The notes: generated by a model not told the origin, from the letters alone. Shown: positions 27,834 to 38,858, counted from the stretch's first letter. The stretch is 64,000 nt of DNA from an uncultured virus (IMG/VR IMGVR_UViG_3300012259_000001) (IMGVR_UViG_3300012259_000001:1-64000); one strand, 5' to 3'. Numbers and translations: made by a program.

Positions 27834-29090
27834 TTACTTGGACGTGGCGATGGTCCGACTGGCCAAAATGCGAATACCAGGTACCAGGTTCATGATACGG
27901 TTCAGCTCGATGCGATAAGGCGTCTTGGAATAACGGGTCAGACCTCGGGTGAACGACAGGACTTGCTTGAACACCTTCTTGTTGACAGGGTCCAGGCCGT
28001 CGATGTTGTTCATCTTCTTGGTCGAGTTGGCCAGGTTCTTGAACGCGCGGGTCAGTGGAGCAAATTGGGTTTTGGCATCGATGATCAGTTGACAATACGC
28101 GTCGGCGTGATCGAGCATCTTGTCCACTTCATCGGTGGTGAAGTAGAAGTCTTCCAACACACCGCTGTTGATATTCGCCCACGTAAAGACATACTCTTTA
28201 ACATACGTCTTGACGCACAGGTCAGCCAACGCTTGGTGGCGCTTGTCCGAAGAGACCGGCTTAACGCCCCGCCCTTTCTTGATTTCCAGACCGCGGTTAC
28301 CCAACAGGACGTTACCTTCTCCGACCCCCTTACCTTTGAAGACAGTGGAGGGATGATCCAGTTTGATCATCTTTTCCAGTACGGTGGATTCGAATTTCGC
28401 GGACGAGTCGTATACACCGGCCCCGAGGATACTGCGTACGCGCTCCAGGTACACCGCCAAGTCTTTGGGGTACTGGTTGCTGATGTATTTGGCGTACTGA
28501 TAGTCGTTAGCCAAATCACTGACCGGGGCGGTACTGAAGCGACCGTTCAAGGCGAAGAGTTGAGGGAGGGAACTACCAGCCAACGAGGACTTGTGACGCT
28601 TCTCGTTAAGTTCCGGTTTCTTGGCTCGCCATTCTTGACGCAGTTTGTGGATACGGCCTTGTTGGCGCCGCCCCCACCCGTCAGCCGTACTGAACAGCTG
28701 AGCCCATGCATCGATTCCTTGTTGGAAGTCAGCCACGTACAGCTGCTTGATCCGGTTCCACATACCCGAAACCGCTTCCATGGAAACAGCCAGGTAGGCG
28801 TGGGGGTCGTGGGTAGCGTCTTCCAGCGATACGTTGACGGAGTCTACACCCAGTGTGTCACCGAGGTCCTGTAGACGAGAGTGAACCATGAACGTTTCAG
28901 TTTCAGAAACCTTGTCGGCCCCTTGGAGGGTCTCGATGGTATCTTCCAGTTCTTCAAGCTCTTCCATGGTCGCAACCAAGTGCTCGAAGTTATCTTGGAC
29001 GTGGTTGAAATGTTCCAAGGCCACCATCAAAGACTCAGTGCTGTACTGAGGCTTTTTCTGGTCAGCGTTTTTCAAAAGATCGGCAAGCAT
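27834..29090 (-). CDS. Internal head protein
   Basis: 418 aa; propeptide with STE, ALE, SLE, SME motifs typical of gp175-type protease substrates. Confidence 0.7.
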   Translation of the reverse strand: MLADLLKNADQKKPQYSTESLMVALEHFNHVQDNFEHLVATMEELEELEDTIETLQGADKVSETETFMVHSRLQDLGDTLGVDSVNVSLEDATHDPHAYLAVSMEAVSGMWNRIKQLYVADFQQGIDAWAQLFSTADGWGRRQQGRIHKLRQEWRAKKPELNEKRHKSSLAGSSLPQLFALNGRFSTAPVSDLANDYQYAKYISNQYPKDLAVYLERVRSILGAGVYDSSAKFESTVLEKMIKLDHPSTVFKGKGVGEGNVLLGNRGLEIKKGRGVKPVSSDKRHQALADLCVKTYVKEYVFTWANINSGVLEDFYFTTDEVDKMLDHADAYCQLIIDAKTQFAPLTRAFKNLANSTKKMNNIDGLDPVNKKVFKQVLSFTRGLTRYSKTPYRIELNRIMNLVPGIRILASRTIATSK

Positions 29091-29196
29091 GGTACACCTA
29101 TCTAAAAGTGGTTGTAGTTAAGAGACAAGCTCATTAAATAGCGTTGGTACATAACAGCATAAGTGGCAGGCCGAAGCCCGCCACTCAGCCCAGGGG

Positions 29197-30066
29197 TTAG
29201 AGGACAGCCGCAGCTGCGATCTCTTCCATCTGCTCGCTGTAACCGTTGCCGTCTGCACCAGCGGCCTCGACGTCGGCGTCGATTTCGGTGATGAAGGCTT
29301 GACGCAGGTTCTGGTTGGCGCCGGTGAGGGTCATGCGATCCAGGAATTCCTGAGCCAGCAGGTCCACACCTTCACCGACCTGAGTCAGCGCAGTGAACTC
29401 AACGGTGTAATCCGTCTTGTCGCCGCCGGCGGTCAGTTCACGACGACCTTGGATTTCAGCCACGGTGCCGTTCGGACGCATGTTCGTCGACAGCCACGAG
29501 GTCACCACTTTGGAGTGGGTCGGATCGGGTTCGATGAACAGCACAGTCATGCCGGTGTAGTCGGGCAGTAGGTCAACCGGACGGTTGGCGAGCTTGACCA
29601 CACGCGGGTACTTGGTTTCCGGGTCCATGATCAGGTTGAGAGTCCAACCGTTCAGGAAGTTGGCGACCGAGCGACCGTACTTCTCGTTCCAGGTGAACGA
29701 CGGGGTCGAACGCTGGCGGGTGACGTTGGTGATGTCTTGTTGCATCTCACCAGCACCACCGAACGGGTTCTCACTGTGTTCCACCGACAGGGTCTGGTTC
29801 AGCCCTTCGATGGTCAGCGGAGCCAGCTCGACCAGGTTCTTCAGCGTAGCTACCCAGTACTCCGGGTCTTCGAGGTCCTGGAACCCGCGCGGCGCCTCGA
29901 TGAGGATCGCGATCAGGTTACGGCGGATGTACGAAGCGTTCGATACGTAAGCATCGAATACCGGAGCATGGCCCATTTGACCACCCTTACGGATGTCCAC
30001 GGCAGGCGCCTGACCGTACTGGTTGAACCCCTTGTTGTCAAGGAGCGTATCTGCTAGGCGGCTCAT
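29197..30066 (-). CDS. Tail tube protein (phiKZ gp30-like)
   Basis: 289 aa downstream of the sheath; YIRRNLI..LIEAPRGF, WNEKYG, LFIEPDP; highly biased codons. Confidence 0.85.
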   Translation of the reverse strand: MSRLADTLLDNKGFNQYGQAPAVDIRKGGQMGHAPVFDAYVSNASYIRRNLIAILIEAPRGFQDLEDPEYWVATLKNLVELAPLTIEGLNQTLSVEHSENPFGGAGEMQQDITNVTRQRSTPSFTWNEKYGRSVANFLNGWTLNLIMDPETKYPRVVKLANRPVDLLPDYTGMTVLFIEPDPTHSKVVTSWLSTNMRPNGTVAEIQGRRELTAGGDKTDYTVEFTALTQVGEGVDLLAQEFLDRMTLTGANQNLRQAFITEIDADVEAAGADGNGYSEQMEEIAAAAVL

Positions 30067-32120
30067 TGTTCGAGGTCCTCACGACGGCGGGCTACGATGG
30101 TGAACGAGCCCACGGTTTTCATGTTGTTGCCGTACATCACGATGTTGCAACCCCAGCTGAAGCCACGCTGACTGTCGGCTTCGGATACGAAGGTATCCGG
30201 GACGATCACAACGCGGTTATCGAAGCGACCTTTGACGGCTTCTTCGATCAGACGGTTCGAACGGGTGATGAACTGGTTTTCAGTCAGACCGGAAATACCA
30301 GTCAGCTGACGCCAGGTGATTTCAGCAACCTTCTCGAGTTCAACGGCGATCAGCATGTTGAACATGGAGTTCAGAATGCTGGTGTCGTCGTCGTACACGG
30401 TTTGCAGACCAGGGAAGAACTGGCTGCGGCGGTCGAAGTTCTGTACCCAGACCAGACCGGCATCCCAATCGTTGGAGCGAACGTTGGCCTTTTTATAGGT
30501 CGAGTTCACACCGCGGAACATGGTGACTTGGTTGGCCGGAGAGATGTCGAACTTGGCGCGGGACTTCCAGACGCCGTCGCCGGCACCCATGTAAGCCGCA
30601 CACTTATCCGCCAGCTCGATGGTCAGCGGCGTCAGCTGCTTCCACTTGGAGTTGACCAGATAACCGGAATGACCGACAACCATGGCGCGGCAAACGGAGG
30701 TACCGTAGATTTCCGATTCCGGGAACATACGGGCAGCCGTACGCAGCGAAACGGCGATCGAGGATTCTTCCGAGTTGCTGTTCTGCGGCTGCGACACGTC
30801 CTGGGTGGACAGGATCACAGCAATGTCTTTACGACGGCCGAGAACGGTGAGCAACTTCTTCTTGGTTTCCAGGCTGAAACCCGAATCCCAGATGATCGAC
30901 TGCGGGTAGACCGCGCTGTCGAGGAAGTGGTATTCACCTTCACCGTAGTTGGCGCAGATGTCGCCGACCAGACGATCGAAGGTTTCGAAATCCATCGTGC
31001 CGTCAGCACCGCCACGGGCATAATGGGTCGAGTTCTCGTTCAGCAGGATACCACCCGCCGAAGGCCCTTCGATGACCAGACTGTAGTACGGCGTACCGTT
31101 GTAGTCGTGACCGCCGATGAAGTTGACCATGTGCAGGTCGTCTTCGGACTCGGAGACCAGGCCGTGCAGGCTTTCGTTTTCCTGGATCTTGGTCAGCAGG
31201 GCTTCGATGTTGTCGAAGTAGACGTGCTGATCGTTGATCAGACCGATGGTCGGTGGCAGACCGTTGGAGGCCTCTTGGTTCCAGCTCTGGAGCAGGATGT
31301 CATCAACCGACACTTCGGTATCGGTTTTGGCGTTGATCACGCCCGGCTTGTAGGTGAAGTCGATGAACTGGTCACCATACAGGGTTTCCTTCACAACCGG
31401 CAGGCTGTTGATCGAGGGGCGCTCAACCATCGCGAGGCGGTACATGTAGGCACGAGCCGTTTCGATCAGTTCGTCGTTAACCGGCGACGAAGAGTCGATG
31501 GTCGGGGACGACAGACGGATACCGACGAGGTCACCGAACGAACCGTGGGACGAGACACGCCAAGCGTGCAGCGGAACCATGGTCGATTGAGTACCGTCGG
31601 ATTCAGCCACCAGGGTACCTACGCGAGGCTCCAGGGTGTGCAGATCCTGATCTGCTTCCAGACCGCTGATCTCGTAGCGAACGCGGATACCCGGAACGGT
31701 TTGACCGGTCGGAATGCGCTTGCCCTCGGCGTCCAGGAGGAAGCGGCCGTTTTCAGCACGCTGGAAGTCCGGAACGTCATCGGCCACGTAGTCAGCCCAC
31801 AGAACCAGTGCAGCGATGGCTGCGTCTTCGGCCACTACACGCTGAGCAACCATCATGTTGCCGCGACCGTTAACGGTGTTGATCAGCACCGTCTGGTGAG
31901 TAGCGTACTTGGAGCGGTAGTCGAAAGACTCCGCGCCGTAGGTGGAGACAAGACTGTCACCCACGACAACCTGAGGAACCAGAGGACCGCGCTGTGCAAA
32001 CAGAAACACATGCGGCATGTGAGTGGGACGTGCTTCCGGTTGGTAGACCGGAGCGCGACCAGACTCATCCTTGATACCGTTCAGGATGGCGCGAGGGGCA
32101 GCGTTTTTGATTGTGATCAT
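30063..32120 (-). CDS. Tail sheath protein (phiKZ gp29-like)
   Basis: Start at ATG 32120 after GGAG (MITIKNAAPRAILNGIKDES); FAQRGP, WDSGF, TVYDDDTS motifs; about 685 aa. Confidence 0.88.
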   Translation of the reverse strand: MITIKNAAPRAILNGIKDESGRAPVYQPEARPTHMPHVFLFAQRGPLVPQVVVGDSLVSTYGAESFDYRSKYATHQTVLINTVNGRGNMMVAQRVVAEDAAIAALVLWADYVADDVPDFQRAENGRFLLDAEGKRIPTGQTVPGIRVRYEISGLEADQDLHTLEPRVGTLVAESDGTQSTMVPLHAWRVSSHGSFGDLVGIRLSSPTIDSSSPVNDELIETARAYMYRLAMVERPSINSLPVVKETLYGDQFIDFTYKPGVINAKTDTEVSVDDILLQSWNQEASNGLPPTIGLINDQHVYFDNIEALLTKIQENESLHGLVSESEDDLHMVNFIGGHDYNGTPYYSLVIEGPSAGGILLNENSTHYARGGADGTMDFETFDRLVGDICANYGEGEYHFLDSAVYPQSIIWDSGFSLETKKKLLTVLGRRKDIAVILSTQDVSQPQNSNSEESSIAVSLRTAARMFPESEIYGTSVCRAMVVGHSGYLVNSKWKQLTPLTIELADKCAAYMGAGDGVWKSRAKFDISPANQVTMFRGVNSTYKKANVRSNDWDAGLVWVQNFDRRSQFFPGLQTVYDDDTSILNSMFNMLIAVELEKVAEITWRQLTGISGLTENQFITRSNRLIEEAVKGRFDNRVVIVPDTFVSEADSQRGFSWGCNIVMYGNNMKTVGSFTIVARRREDLEQ

Positions 32121-32332
32121 AACAGCTCCCGTGATCAAACGTTGATCATTAATCGCGATTAAAGGACCAAACAAATCTACTCTTCGTCCAAGCCATGGTC
32201 TTATCGGAGGAGAAATAACTTGAATGGTATAGTTGCCGTACACTGATGTAGTACATCATACTATTCCAGCGACGAACTACATACCTAAGTTTAGTAAACT
32301 TTTACGTCCCAGTAAACCAGGAGATTGAATAG

Positions 32333-33226
32333 ATGAAAGTCTCTCCATACGATACCAAGCCCTGCGCGTCGTATAACATGGCCGACACGCTCAAACACCT
32401 TCGTTTGGCGTTTGTGGAGGGTACTCTCTACAGCCTTGAAGGCACGTCGCTCAACGGTATCTACTTGGTCTCGCCCCGCAATCGCGAAATCAAACCGTTC
32501 ACCCATCCGGTACTGATCGAACATGCCGGTCAAACGGTTGTCGTTATCGATGCCCGCGCACTCATCCGTGAGGACGGTTCCACTTACAAGGTGGCCAACC
32601 ACACCGAGTTTCAATTCAACGTGACGCGTGCAGCCTTGACATTGTACGCCCATCGTCACAGCATGGAAGACATCGGTAATTTGGGTGATCTGGCACTGAC
32701 CACGTTTGCCCGTTACGTTTCCGAGAACATCACTCGTCGCCTGAATCTCAACCCCGAAGAGCAAATGAAGCTGGCGATGGTTGCCTCCTTCTGGCACCTC
32801 TGTGGTATGCGGGAGCTGACAGAACTGACGGAAAGCGATCTTCAGCGCATGGTCCCCCGTGTGGCGCGCTGCACCAAGCTCAACGCCCAGTGGATCTTCG
32901 ACAACATCGGTCCGATTCGTTATATGGATGGGGTGGCTGATTTCGTTGCGGTGGTCAAAGAAGTGATTCCCAACCGTCGTCTGGAACAACTGGATGTGGC
33001 ACTGCTATACGCCATGTTGGGTGGCGGATGGTTTGGTTTCAACGCACGGGAAGTGGTGGCTGTGGCACTGGAACACATTCCGACGTGGTACGCCATCATC
33101 TATACGGCCTTGATTGATCGGAGCTTCCGTAAGGCACCGATCGCCAACGTTGTTCAGATCAATGATCGCAACGGTGCCGGTAAGCAATTCACCATCAACT
33201 TGGCACGCATGCTCGAGGTGCTCTAA
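32333..33226 (+). CDS. Virion structural protein (phiKZ gp28-like position)
   Basis: 297 aa divergent from the sheath; VALEHIPTW motif; AGGAG RBS. Confidence 0.7.
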   Translation: MKVSPYDTKPCASYNMADTLKHLRLAFVEGTLYSLEGTSLNGIYLVSPRNREIKPFTHPVLIEHAGQTVVVIDARALIREDGSTYKVANHTEFQFNVTRAALTLYAHRHSMEDIGNLGDLALTTFARYVSENITRRLNLNPEEQMKLAMVASFWHLCGMRELTELTESDLQRMVPRVARCTKLNAQWIFDNIGPIRYMDGVADFVAVVKEVIPNRRLEQLDVALLYAMLGGGWFGFNAREVVAVALEHIPTWYAIIYTALIDRSFRKAPIANVVQINDRNGAGKQFTINLARMLEVL

Positions 33227-35790
33227 TGTCTAATTTTCTGGCGCTGCACGGAACCAAAAACGTTTGGTGCACTCCAGATCAGGACTATCAACACGTCTTC
33301 CAAGTCGCACGCATCACTCGAGACCTCGGGGTTTCTAAGGTGTGTGCGGTGGAATGGCAAACTATTCCACTCCCCACCAGTGGTGACATCTATCACGTGT
33401 TCTCTGTTGGTCAGGTTCATCCCCGTCATTTGGGGATTGGTGCTAAACAAAAGGTTTGGCAATCGGTGGACCAGCTGGCAAAGAACGAAGGGGTGACCAT
33501 CAACCTGTATCACAAAGACGGTTTTCAGTTCCCTCGGAAGCTGGCCTACGTGATGGTGATGGGTGATCGCAATGTGGTGATCGCACTGCGGCAAGTGGAT
33601 GTGTTGAGCGGTCGTTACGTGAAACCTTTGTTTGTGCGCTTCTACTCGAATGCGTACTACAGTTCGCGGCGTTCGGATGGACAGTCTGAAACCCTGACCT
33701 GTACGGGTTATACCCACTGGGGTAGCACGCAAGATCTGGTGTCGTTCCAAAACCTGCGCAATAGCTTCAAAGCCAAAGTCGGACAAACCCTAACCTTTCA
33801 CAACGGTCGTTACGTCGATGATGTACAGCCTGGGCGAATGGGATTGGGTGATGAGGCGGAATTCTTTTATGATGCCTCAATGCGGCGTCGAGTGGTGTTG
33901 AAGGTCAAGGATCTTCCCACCTTTGACAGCGTATTGGATCAGAAACGTAAGTTTTTGATTTACCGCGACAAAGCTAACGCTGATGCGTGGATTGATTACC
34001 GCGATGACATTGACATCTATCTGGTAAAACCGGAGGTCAATGGGCGTTTCTCAGGTGTGTTCTATCACCGTAACAAAGAAGACGCGGTGCGGATGGTAAC
34101 GCACAACACGTACTCGATTCCTGTGACCTATGTTCAGGGTTATGTCAATGACCACCCCGATTGGTCCGACATCAACGACTTGGAACTGCACCTGTTTATT
34201 CGGGAGTCTGGTTACAAGCGTCCATTGGTGTTTGAACACAACCGTCTTCATGAGCTGTATAAGCTCACCGACCAACAGATCCAAGAGGCGATGTTGGGGT
34301 TGGAATCGACAGTACCTAACTGGCGGGCTGACCATCTGGAACAGTCGTGGTACACGGCAATGATGCGAGTGCAGGACGGTCAAATCACCAACGCCATGGT
34401 GGAGAAGGCCTACGGTTATAACGCCATCACGCAGTTAGTGGTACCGACACCGCAAAAGGTGGACTTGATGGCCGGGACTCGTTTCGTCAAGCTACCTGTC
34501 GGCTTCTATGACCCCTCCACAATGCTGGAGTTTGATGCACAGGGTAAGCTGCTGGGTTTTCATGTTCACAACGGGGGTGAGTACTACAACCCCATCGAAC
34601 GTGGGACTCGGATGATTGAAGCCCACCGTGGGATTGGTAGTCAACAAGTAAGCGCTATCCATGGGTTGACGGCGAGAACCCTAGACACGCGACACAATTA
34701 CCGGTTCTATAAGTCGTCTAAAGTGGCGGGTGTGGTAACTGGCGATTGGGTGCCTGCGCAAGAAGGGGTGGATTTCAGTTTCCAAAACGGTCAATTGACT
34801 TGGACCCTCAATGCGGTTAACTGGCAAGGGTTGGTGAAGTCTGACGAAGCTTTCCTCCTATACCGTCAACAACTGGCGATGGATGCCGGCATCTACCACC
34901 TGACTCTGCGCAGCAAAGAAGAACGCTCGGGGAATGGTTATACCGACGGTGACCTGACGCTGCCACCACGGCGGATCAGTGTGTGGTTGAACGGTTACGG
35001 TTTGATTGAGAACCTCGACTACTTTGTAAGTTGGCCCAAAGTGGTGTTGACTAACAAAGAGTATTTGGTCGATGGGACTCAAGATGTGGTGGTGATGGCC
35101 GAAGGGTTCTGTCAAGACGACATGACGCCGGAAGCGCAACCGGACGTTGGGTTTGTGGAGTACGGTTTGCTCAGCATGAACCAAACCATCAACCTACGTG
35201 ACGACAAGAACGTGCGGATCGTGGTGGGTGGGTGTGCCAAACACCGTTCGGAGGTCGCTTTCGTTGAGGACTATCCAAACGTTGATGTCACCAAGCTGCT
35301 GCAAAATGGGCGTCCTTATCAGGTGGATGAAATCGTTAACCCGTTGGGCGTGTACACACCCACAGACACCTACGTGTTGCGAGAACAGTCGCAAGTGGTG
35401 GATGTGATTGTGGAGACGTATGTCAATGGGAAACGTCGTCAACCTGAACTACCCGGCATCACACCTATTCCAGACCGTTACCGAGTTTACAGTCCGTTTG
35501 TGGCTCGCGTACTGTCCGATTTGGACCGGGGTGTGTTGTGGGACGATCGAATGATTGGTCGGTATGACATCCCATTCATGCGCAGTCTGCTCAAAAGCTA
35601 CGAATGGTTGTTGGACTTCGAACCCACTCGTAAGGCTGTGGACGACCGTTACGTGGTGGTTCACCCCCACACGTACAACTCGGTCTTTGAGTTGAGTATC
35701 TACAAGCTGACGTTCTTGAAACGGGCTATCGAGTATTACCTCGAAGATAAGGTCAATGTCAACCACTTTGTTTCCATTTCTGACGATTAG
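33226..35790 (+). CDS. Baseplate/tail structural protein (phiKZ gp27-like)
   Basis: 854 aa; NVWCTPDQD start; beta-rich; syntenic. Confidence 0.7.
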   Translation: MSNFLALHGTKNVWCTPDQDYQHVFQVARITRDLGVSKVCAVEWQTIPLPTSGDIYHVFSVGQVHPRHLGIGAKQKVWQSVDQLAKNEGVTINLYHKDGFQFPRKLAYVMVMGDRNVVIALRQVDVLSGRYVKPLFVRFYSNAYYSSRRSDGQSETLTCTGYTHWGSTQDLVSFQNLRNSFKAKVGQTLTFHNGRYVDDVQPGRMGLGDEAEFFYDASMRRRVVLKVKDLPTFDSVLDQKRKFLIYRDKANADAWIDYRDDIDIYLVKPEVNGRFSGVFYHRNKEDAVRMVTHNTYSIPVTYVQGYVNDHPDWSDINDLELHLFIRESGYKRPLVFEHNRLHELYKLTDQQIQEAMLGLESTVPNWRADHLEQSWYTAMMRVQDGQITNAMVEKAYGYNAITQLVVPTPQKVDLMAGTRFVKLPVGFYDPSTMLEFDAQGKLLGFHVHNGGEYYNPIERGTRMIEAHRGIGSQQVSAIHGLTARTLDTRHNYRFYKSSKVAGVVTGDWVPAQEGVDFSFQNGQLTWTLNAVNWQGLVKSDEAFLLYRQQLAMDAGIYHLTLRSKEERSGNGYTDGDLTLPPRRISVWLNGYGLIENLDYFVSWPKVVLTNKEYLVDGTQDVVVMAEGFCQDDMTPEAQPDVGFVEYGLLSMNQTINLRDDKNVRIVVGGCAKHRSEVAFVEDYPNVDVTKLLQNGRPYQVDEIVNPLGVYTPTDTYVLREQSQVVDVIVETYVNGKRRQPELPGITPIPDRYRVYSPFVARVLSDLDRGVLWDDRMIGRYDIPFMRSLLKSYEWLLDFEPTRKAVDDRYVVVHPHTYNSVFELSIYKLTFLKRAIEYYLEDKVNVNHFVSISDD

Positions 35791-35797
35791 GTGAGTT

Positions 35798-37477
35798 ATG
35801 TCAACTACCCCAATGGTGCCGGTGATTAACCCCGATCGGGGACATCGTCGCTGGCGCAAATCTGAGCTGTACACCGGACCCGATGGGACCGGTCGGTATT
35901 GCCCGAACTTGGACGATGAAGTTTGGGATTGGGCCACAGGTCTGTGGCGTGTGGTGGGTGTGGACTACACCACTGGGCTGTCGCGTCTTCAGCGTTATGA
36001 AGAACCACTGGAAAGCGATTCGTTGAACGATGAGGACATCCTGTTGGGTGTGGGTCCTGGCTATCAAAGCGAGTCGTTCCGGGCGTTCATTGACACCTCG
36101 GTGGTGCCTTTCACGTTGGCGTTGGATTCTCGTCTGTCCTTCAAAGGTACGACGGTTGAATACGTCAAGGTGTTCTTGGGATCGGACATCGGCGACAGTG
36201 CGAATGTCATCTCGGCCATGTATGACCAAAACGGTCAGATGTTGGGTGAAAACATTCCGCTTGAGCTGGCGCAGGTACCGAACAACCCGGATGGACAACC
36301 GGCTGCCTACAACAAGGCGGTAAAGGTACCGATGGCTGCCTACACCATGCGTCAACTCCCAGACAACGAAGTGTTGACGGTCGTGGCGTATGACCAAGTC
36401 GGTAACGTACGTTCGATGGCGCGGGTCTTGGTGTGCAATAGCGCCTTTGCTCGCACCACTGACGCGTACCGCAAGTACATCACCGCGATTCATCTGGAAT
36501 CTCCCTTCCTTTCGGAAGTGGACCAGTCGTTGCTTCAGTTCCCGATTAACCTACCGGTGTCGGCACTCAATGCAATTGGCGTGGTGACGTACAGTGACAA
36601 CAGTCAAACTCGCATGGCTGTGGACGGTAGTAAGTTTAACCTGTATGGGTTGAATAACTACATGGCCACCCAACAAGGTCAGCGATTGGACCTGGTGTTG
36701 ACGTACCGTCTGGGTGATGATGAGTATTGCTACGGGGCGACTGCCAACCAGGGCAAGCACATCTCGGCGGCCTACAAGGCCACTACGTTGCGGATGGACG
36801 GGGCGTACAGCGTGAAGCTGTTCTGTGCACCGGTGTGGGTGGATAACATCTACGGCTACCGACTGCGCTGGTTCCTGATGAACTTGGACCGAGAAGAATG
36901 GTTCGAAGTGAGTCACTTGGTGTCCTTCGCGGTAGGGTCTGCCGAGTTCCGTCCAACGGACTATGGGGTGCTGCAAAACCTCACAGTCGGGATCAACATG
37001 CAGGAAGTGGATGGTCAGTTCAAAAACTACCGTCACAGCCAAACCATCGGCATCGTACTGCGTCAACCGGACAGCTTGGTCAGCGAAGACCGTTGGGCTA
37101 TCCGCTACACGCCGGGTCAAAACCCGATGTACGGTTCGGGTGTTAAAGCCACCTCCCGTATGGAGAACGTCAACAACTGGAAGCTGGACCTCAGTAACGG
37201 TTTGAGCAACTACGCGGTGTGGTTGGACCAAGTGTTCTACCGTGCCGAACCACTGTTCAATCCTGCTGTGGAACAACGTGCGCCGGAACCGACCCACTTC
37301 GCACTCTACATCAACGGTGAGAACTTCGAGTACCCACTTGAGATGTGGAACCACGAATTGGTGTCCCCACACGCGATCAAGTCAGGAGAGCCGGTGATCA
37401 TCCGCTTCTTCCGACGTACAGCGGTGACCGACGTACAGTTGGGTATGGGTGTGATGTACACCAAACAGATCAGTTAA
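35798..37477 (+). CDS. Baseplate/tail structural protein (phiKZ gp26-like)
   Basis: 559 aa; syntenic before the terminase. Confidence 0.7.
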   Translation: MSTTPMVPVINPDRGHRRWRKSELYTGPDGTGRYCPNLDDEVWDWATGLWRVVGVDYTTGLSRLQRYEEPLESDSLNDEDILLGVGPGYQSESFRAFIDTSVVPFTLALDSRLSFKGTTVEYVKVFLGSDIGDSANVISAMYDQNGQMLGENIPLELAQVPNNPDGQPAAYNKAVKVPMAAYTMRQLPDNEVLTVVAYDQVGNVRSMARVLVCNSAFARTTDAYRKYITAIHLESPFLSEVDQSLLQFPINLPVSALNAIGVVTYSDNSQTRMAVDGSKFNLYGLNNYMATQQGQRLDLVLTYRLGDDEYCYGATANQGKHISAAYKATTLRMDGAYSVKLFCAPVWVDNIYGYRLRWFLMNLDREEWFEVSHLVSFAVGSAEFRPTDYGVLQNLTVGINMQEVDGQFKNYRHSQTIGIVLRQPDSLVSEDRWAIRYTPGQNPMYGSGVKATSRMENVNNWKLDLSNGLSNYAVWLDQVFYRAEPLFNPAVEQRAPEPTHFALYINGENFEYPLEMWNHELVSPHAIKSGEPVIIRFFRRTAVTDVQLGMGVMYTKQIS

Positions 37478-37547
37478 CCCTGATTGGACTAAACGGGAGG
37501 GCGACCTCCCGTTTATGCCGTTTGGTCAAATAAAAAAATTTCAGATC

Positions 37548-37555
37548 TATATTAC
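37548..37555 (+). promoter_or_regulatory. phiKZ-type early promoter
   Basis: AAAAAAATTTCAGATC-TATATTAC-CCATGTGATTAGG. Confidence 0.85.
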
Positions 37556-37614
37556 CCATGTGATTAGGATACATAAACTCTTTGCTCAGTCGAACCAGTT
37601 CTTAGGAGAACACC

Positions 37615-38025
37615 ATGAATAATGTCAATGTCGTTCGTTATGCTCAGTTGTTAAAGTTAGATTCTTCCAGTACGAGGAACCTCCTGAGCACGATGGTTGG
37701 GCGGGCGGGTCAAGTCCTACAACGCCGTGCATGCATTCTTAGCAAAACCCGAGAAGGTTACTTCATCTTCGGAATTCCTTTCGATCAATACAGCATCATC
37801 TGGGAAGCCGATCGAGAAGAACTGATTGACGAGCCTCACCGCAAGACGTTGGTTAAACGTCTTCATCAGGAACTCAACGACATCGATCGAACCGTTGAAG
37901 ACTTTCATGAAGATCAATTGTGTAAACTCAAATCCATGTCAGCCCAAGACATGGTGCGGGCAGGTCTTTGGACTCGCCAACCCCTAACGCAAGAAATCCA
38001 AGAAGAGGTCGAAGAGGACCTCTGA
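37615..38025 (+). CDS. Early hypothetical protein
   Basis: 136 aa; TAGGAG hairpin RBS. Confidence 0.75.
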   Translation: MNNVNVVRYAQLLKLDSSSTRNLLSTMVGRAGQVLQRRACILSKTREGYFIFGIPFDQYSIIWEADREELIDEPHRKTLVKRLHQELNDIDRTVEDFHEDQLCKLKSMSAQDMVRAGLWTRQPLTQEIQEEVEEDL

Positions 38026-38058
38026 TTCAATCCCCTGTATCCCTAAGGAGGGAACACC

Positions 38059-38220
38059 ATGGCTACTCAAGAAAAGAACCAGAACTTTGCACTGCTGTCG
38101 ATGGAAGAAGCCCTGATGGAGTTTGATGAAGAACTCAATCGTCTGGAGCGTGAACGTGAAGAGTTGGAAACTTTCTGCAACTCCGGTAAATCCGCTATGG
38201 GTTATCAGTTCTACAAATAA
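38059..38220 (+). CDS. Early small acidic coiled-coil protein (53 aa)
   Basis: Not in ORF track; MATQEKNQNFALLSMEEALMEFDEELNRLERE...; AAGGAGG hairpin RBS. Confidence 0.75.
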   Translation: MATQEKNQNFALLSMEEALMEFDEELNRLEREREELETFCNSGKSAMGYQFYK

Positions 38221-38229
38221 GGAACAGCA

Positions 38230-38517
38230 ATGGACATCGTGAACGTTACCTTCCGACCCAATGTTGGAAAGATGCAAGGGCAAGTGGTTGAACTCAAGCA
38301 ACACGATCAAGTACTAGAACACTTGACACGACTCGAAAAGGCCACTGACGACGCGACGCGCATTGAGGTGGCTGAGGCGTTGGTTGAGTTGGTTCAAGAT
38401 GCAACCCATTACAAAGTAGAACAAGTTCTACTGGAATCTGGGACCGAATATTCAGAGATTCTGTTCTCTGAATTTCGTGCTTGTGGCATTGCCACCTACG
38501 TGGTGGAGCAACTATGA
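38230..38517 (+). CDS. Early hypothetical protein
   Basis: 95 aa; AAGGA RBS. Confidence 0.7.
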   Translation: MDIVNVTFRPNVGKMQGQVVELKQHDQVLEHLTRLEKATDDATRIEVAEALVELVQDATHYKVEQVLLESGTEYSEILFSEFRACGIATYVVEQL

Positions 38518-38858
38518 ACTTGAAATCCAGTTTCAGACAATTGATCACCAGTCGTAAGACAGATAACCAAGAACTGGTATTGTCGTGGGGTGAGATTGTT
38601 TTGCTCTTCACACCCCACTTTACGGCTAGGTTGTTATCTAAACAATTTTCCGTGGTCGATATACAGCTCATGCTGAGTGAGGCGCGCTTGAAGTATAATC
38701 CCTTGTTGGATGAACTACTACAAGAGATGATTGCCGATATTCCCAATCCGGGAAAAGTAATCCCCTTGAAATATCAAGGTCGAAATTGGCTGGCAGCCCT
38801 ATATCGCATGGAGACAAATGAGGGCGTTTGTCTTCGAATGCGGCTGAAGGCACAATGA
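38514..38858 (+). CDS. Hypothetical protein
   Basis: Start at ATG 38514 (ATGA overlap, GGAG RBS). Confidence 0.65.
   Translation: MNLKSSFRQLITSRKTDNQELVLSWGEIVLLFTPHFTARLLSKQFSVVDIQLMLSEARLKYNPLLDELLQEMIADIPNPGKVIPLKYQGRNWLAALYRMETNEGVCLRMRLKAQ

Noticed and set aside
30066..32162. 698-aa plus-strand ORF opposite the tail sheath
   Set aside because: Mirror frame caused by strong codon bias of a highly expressed gene
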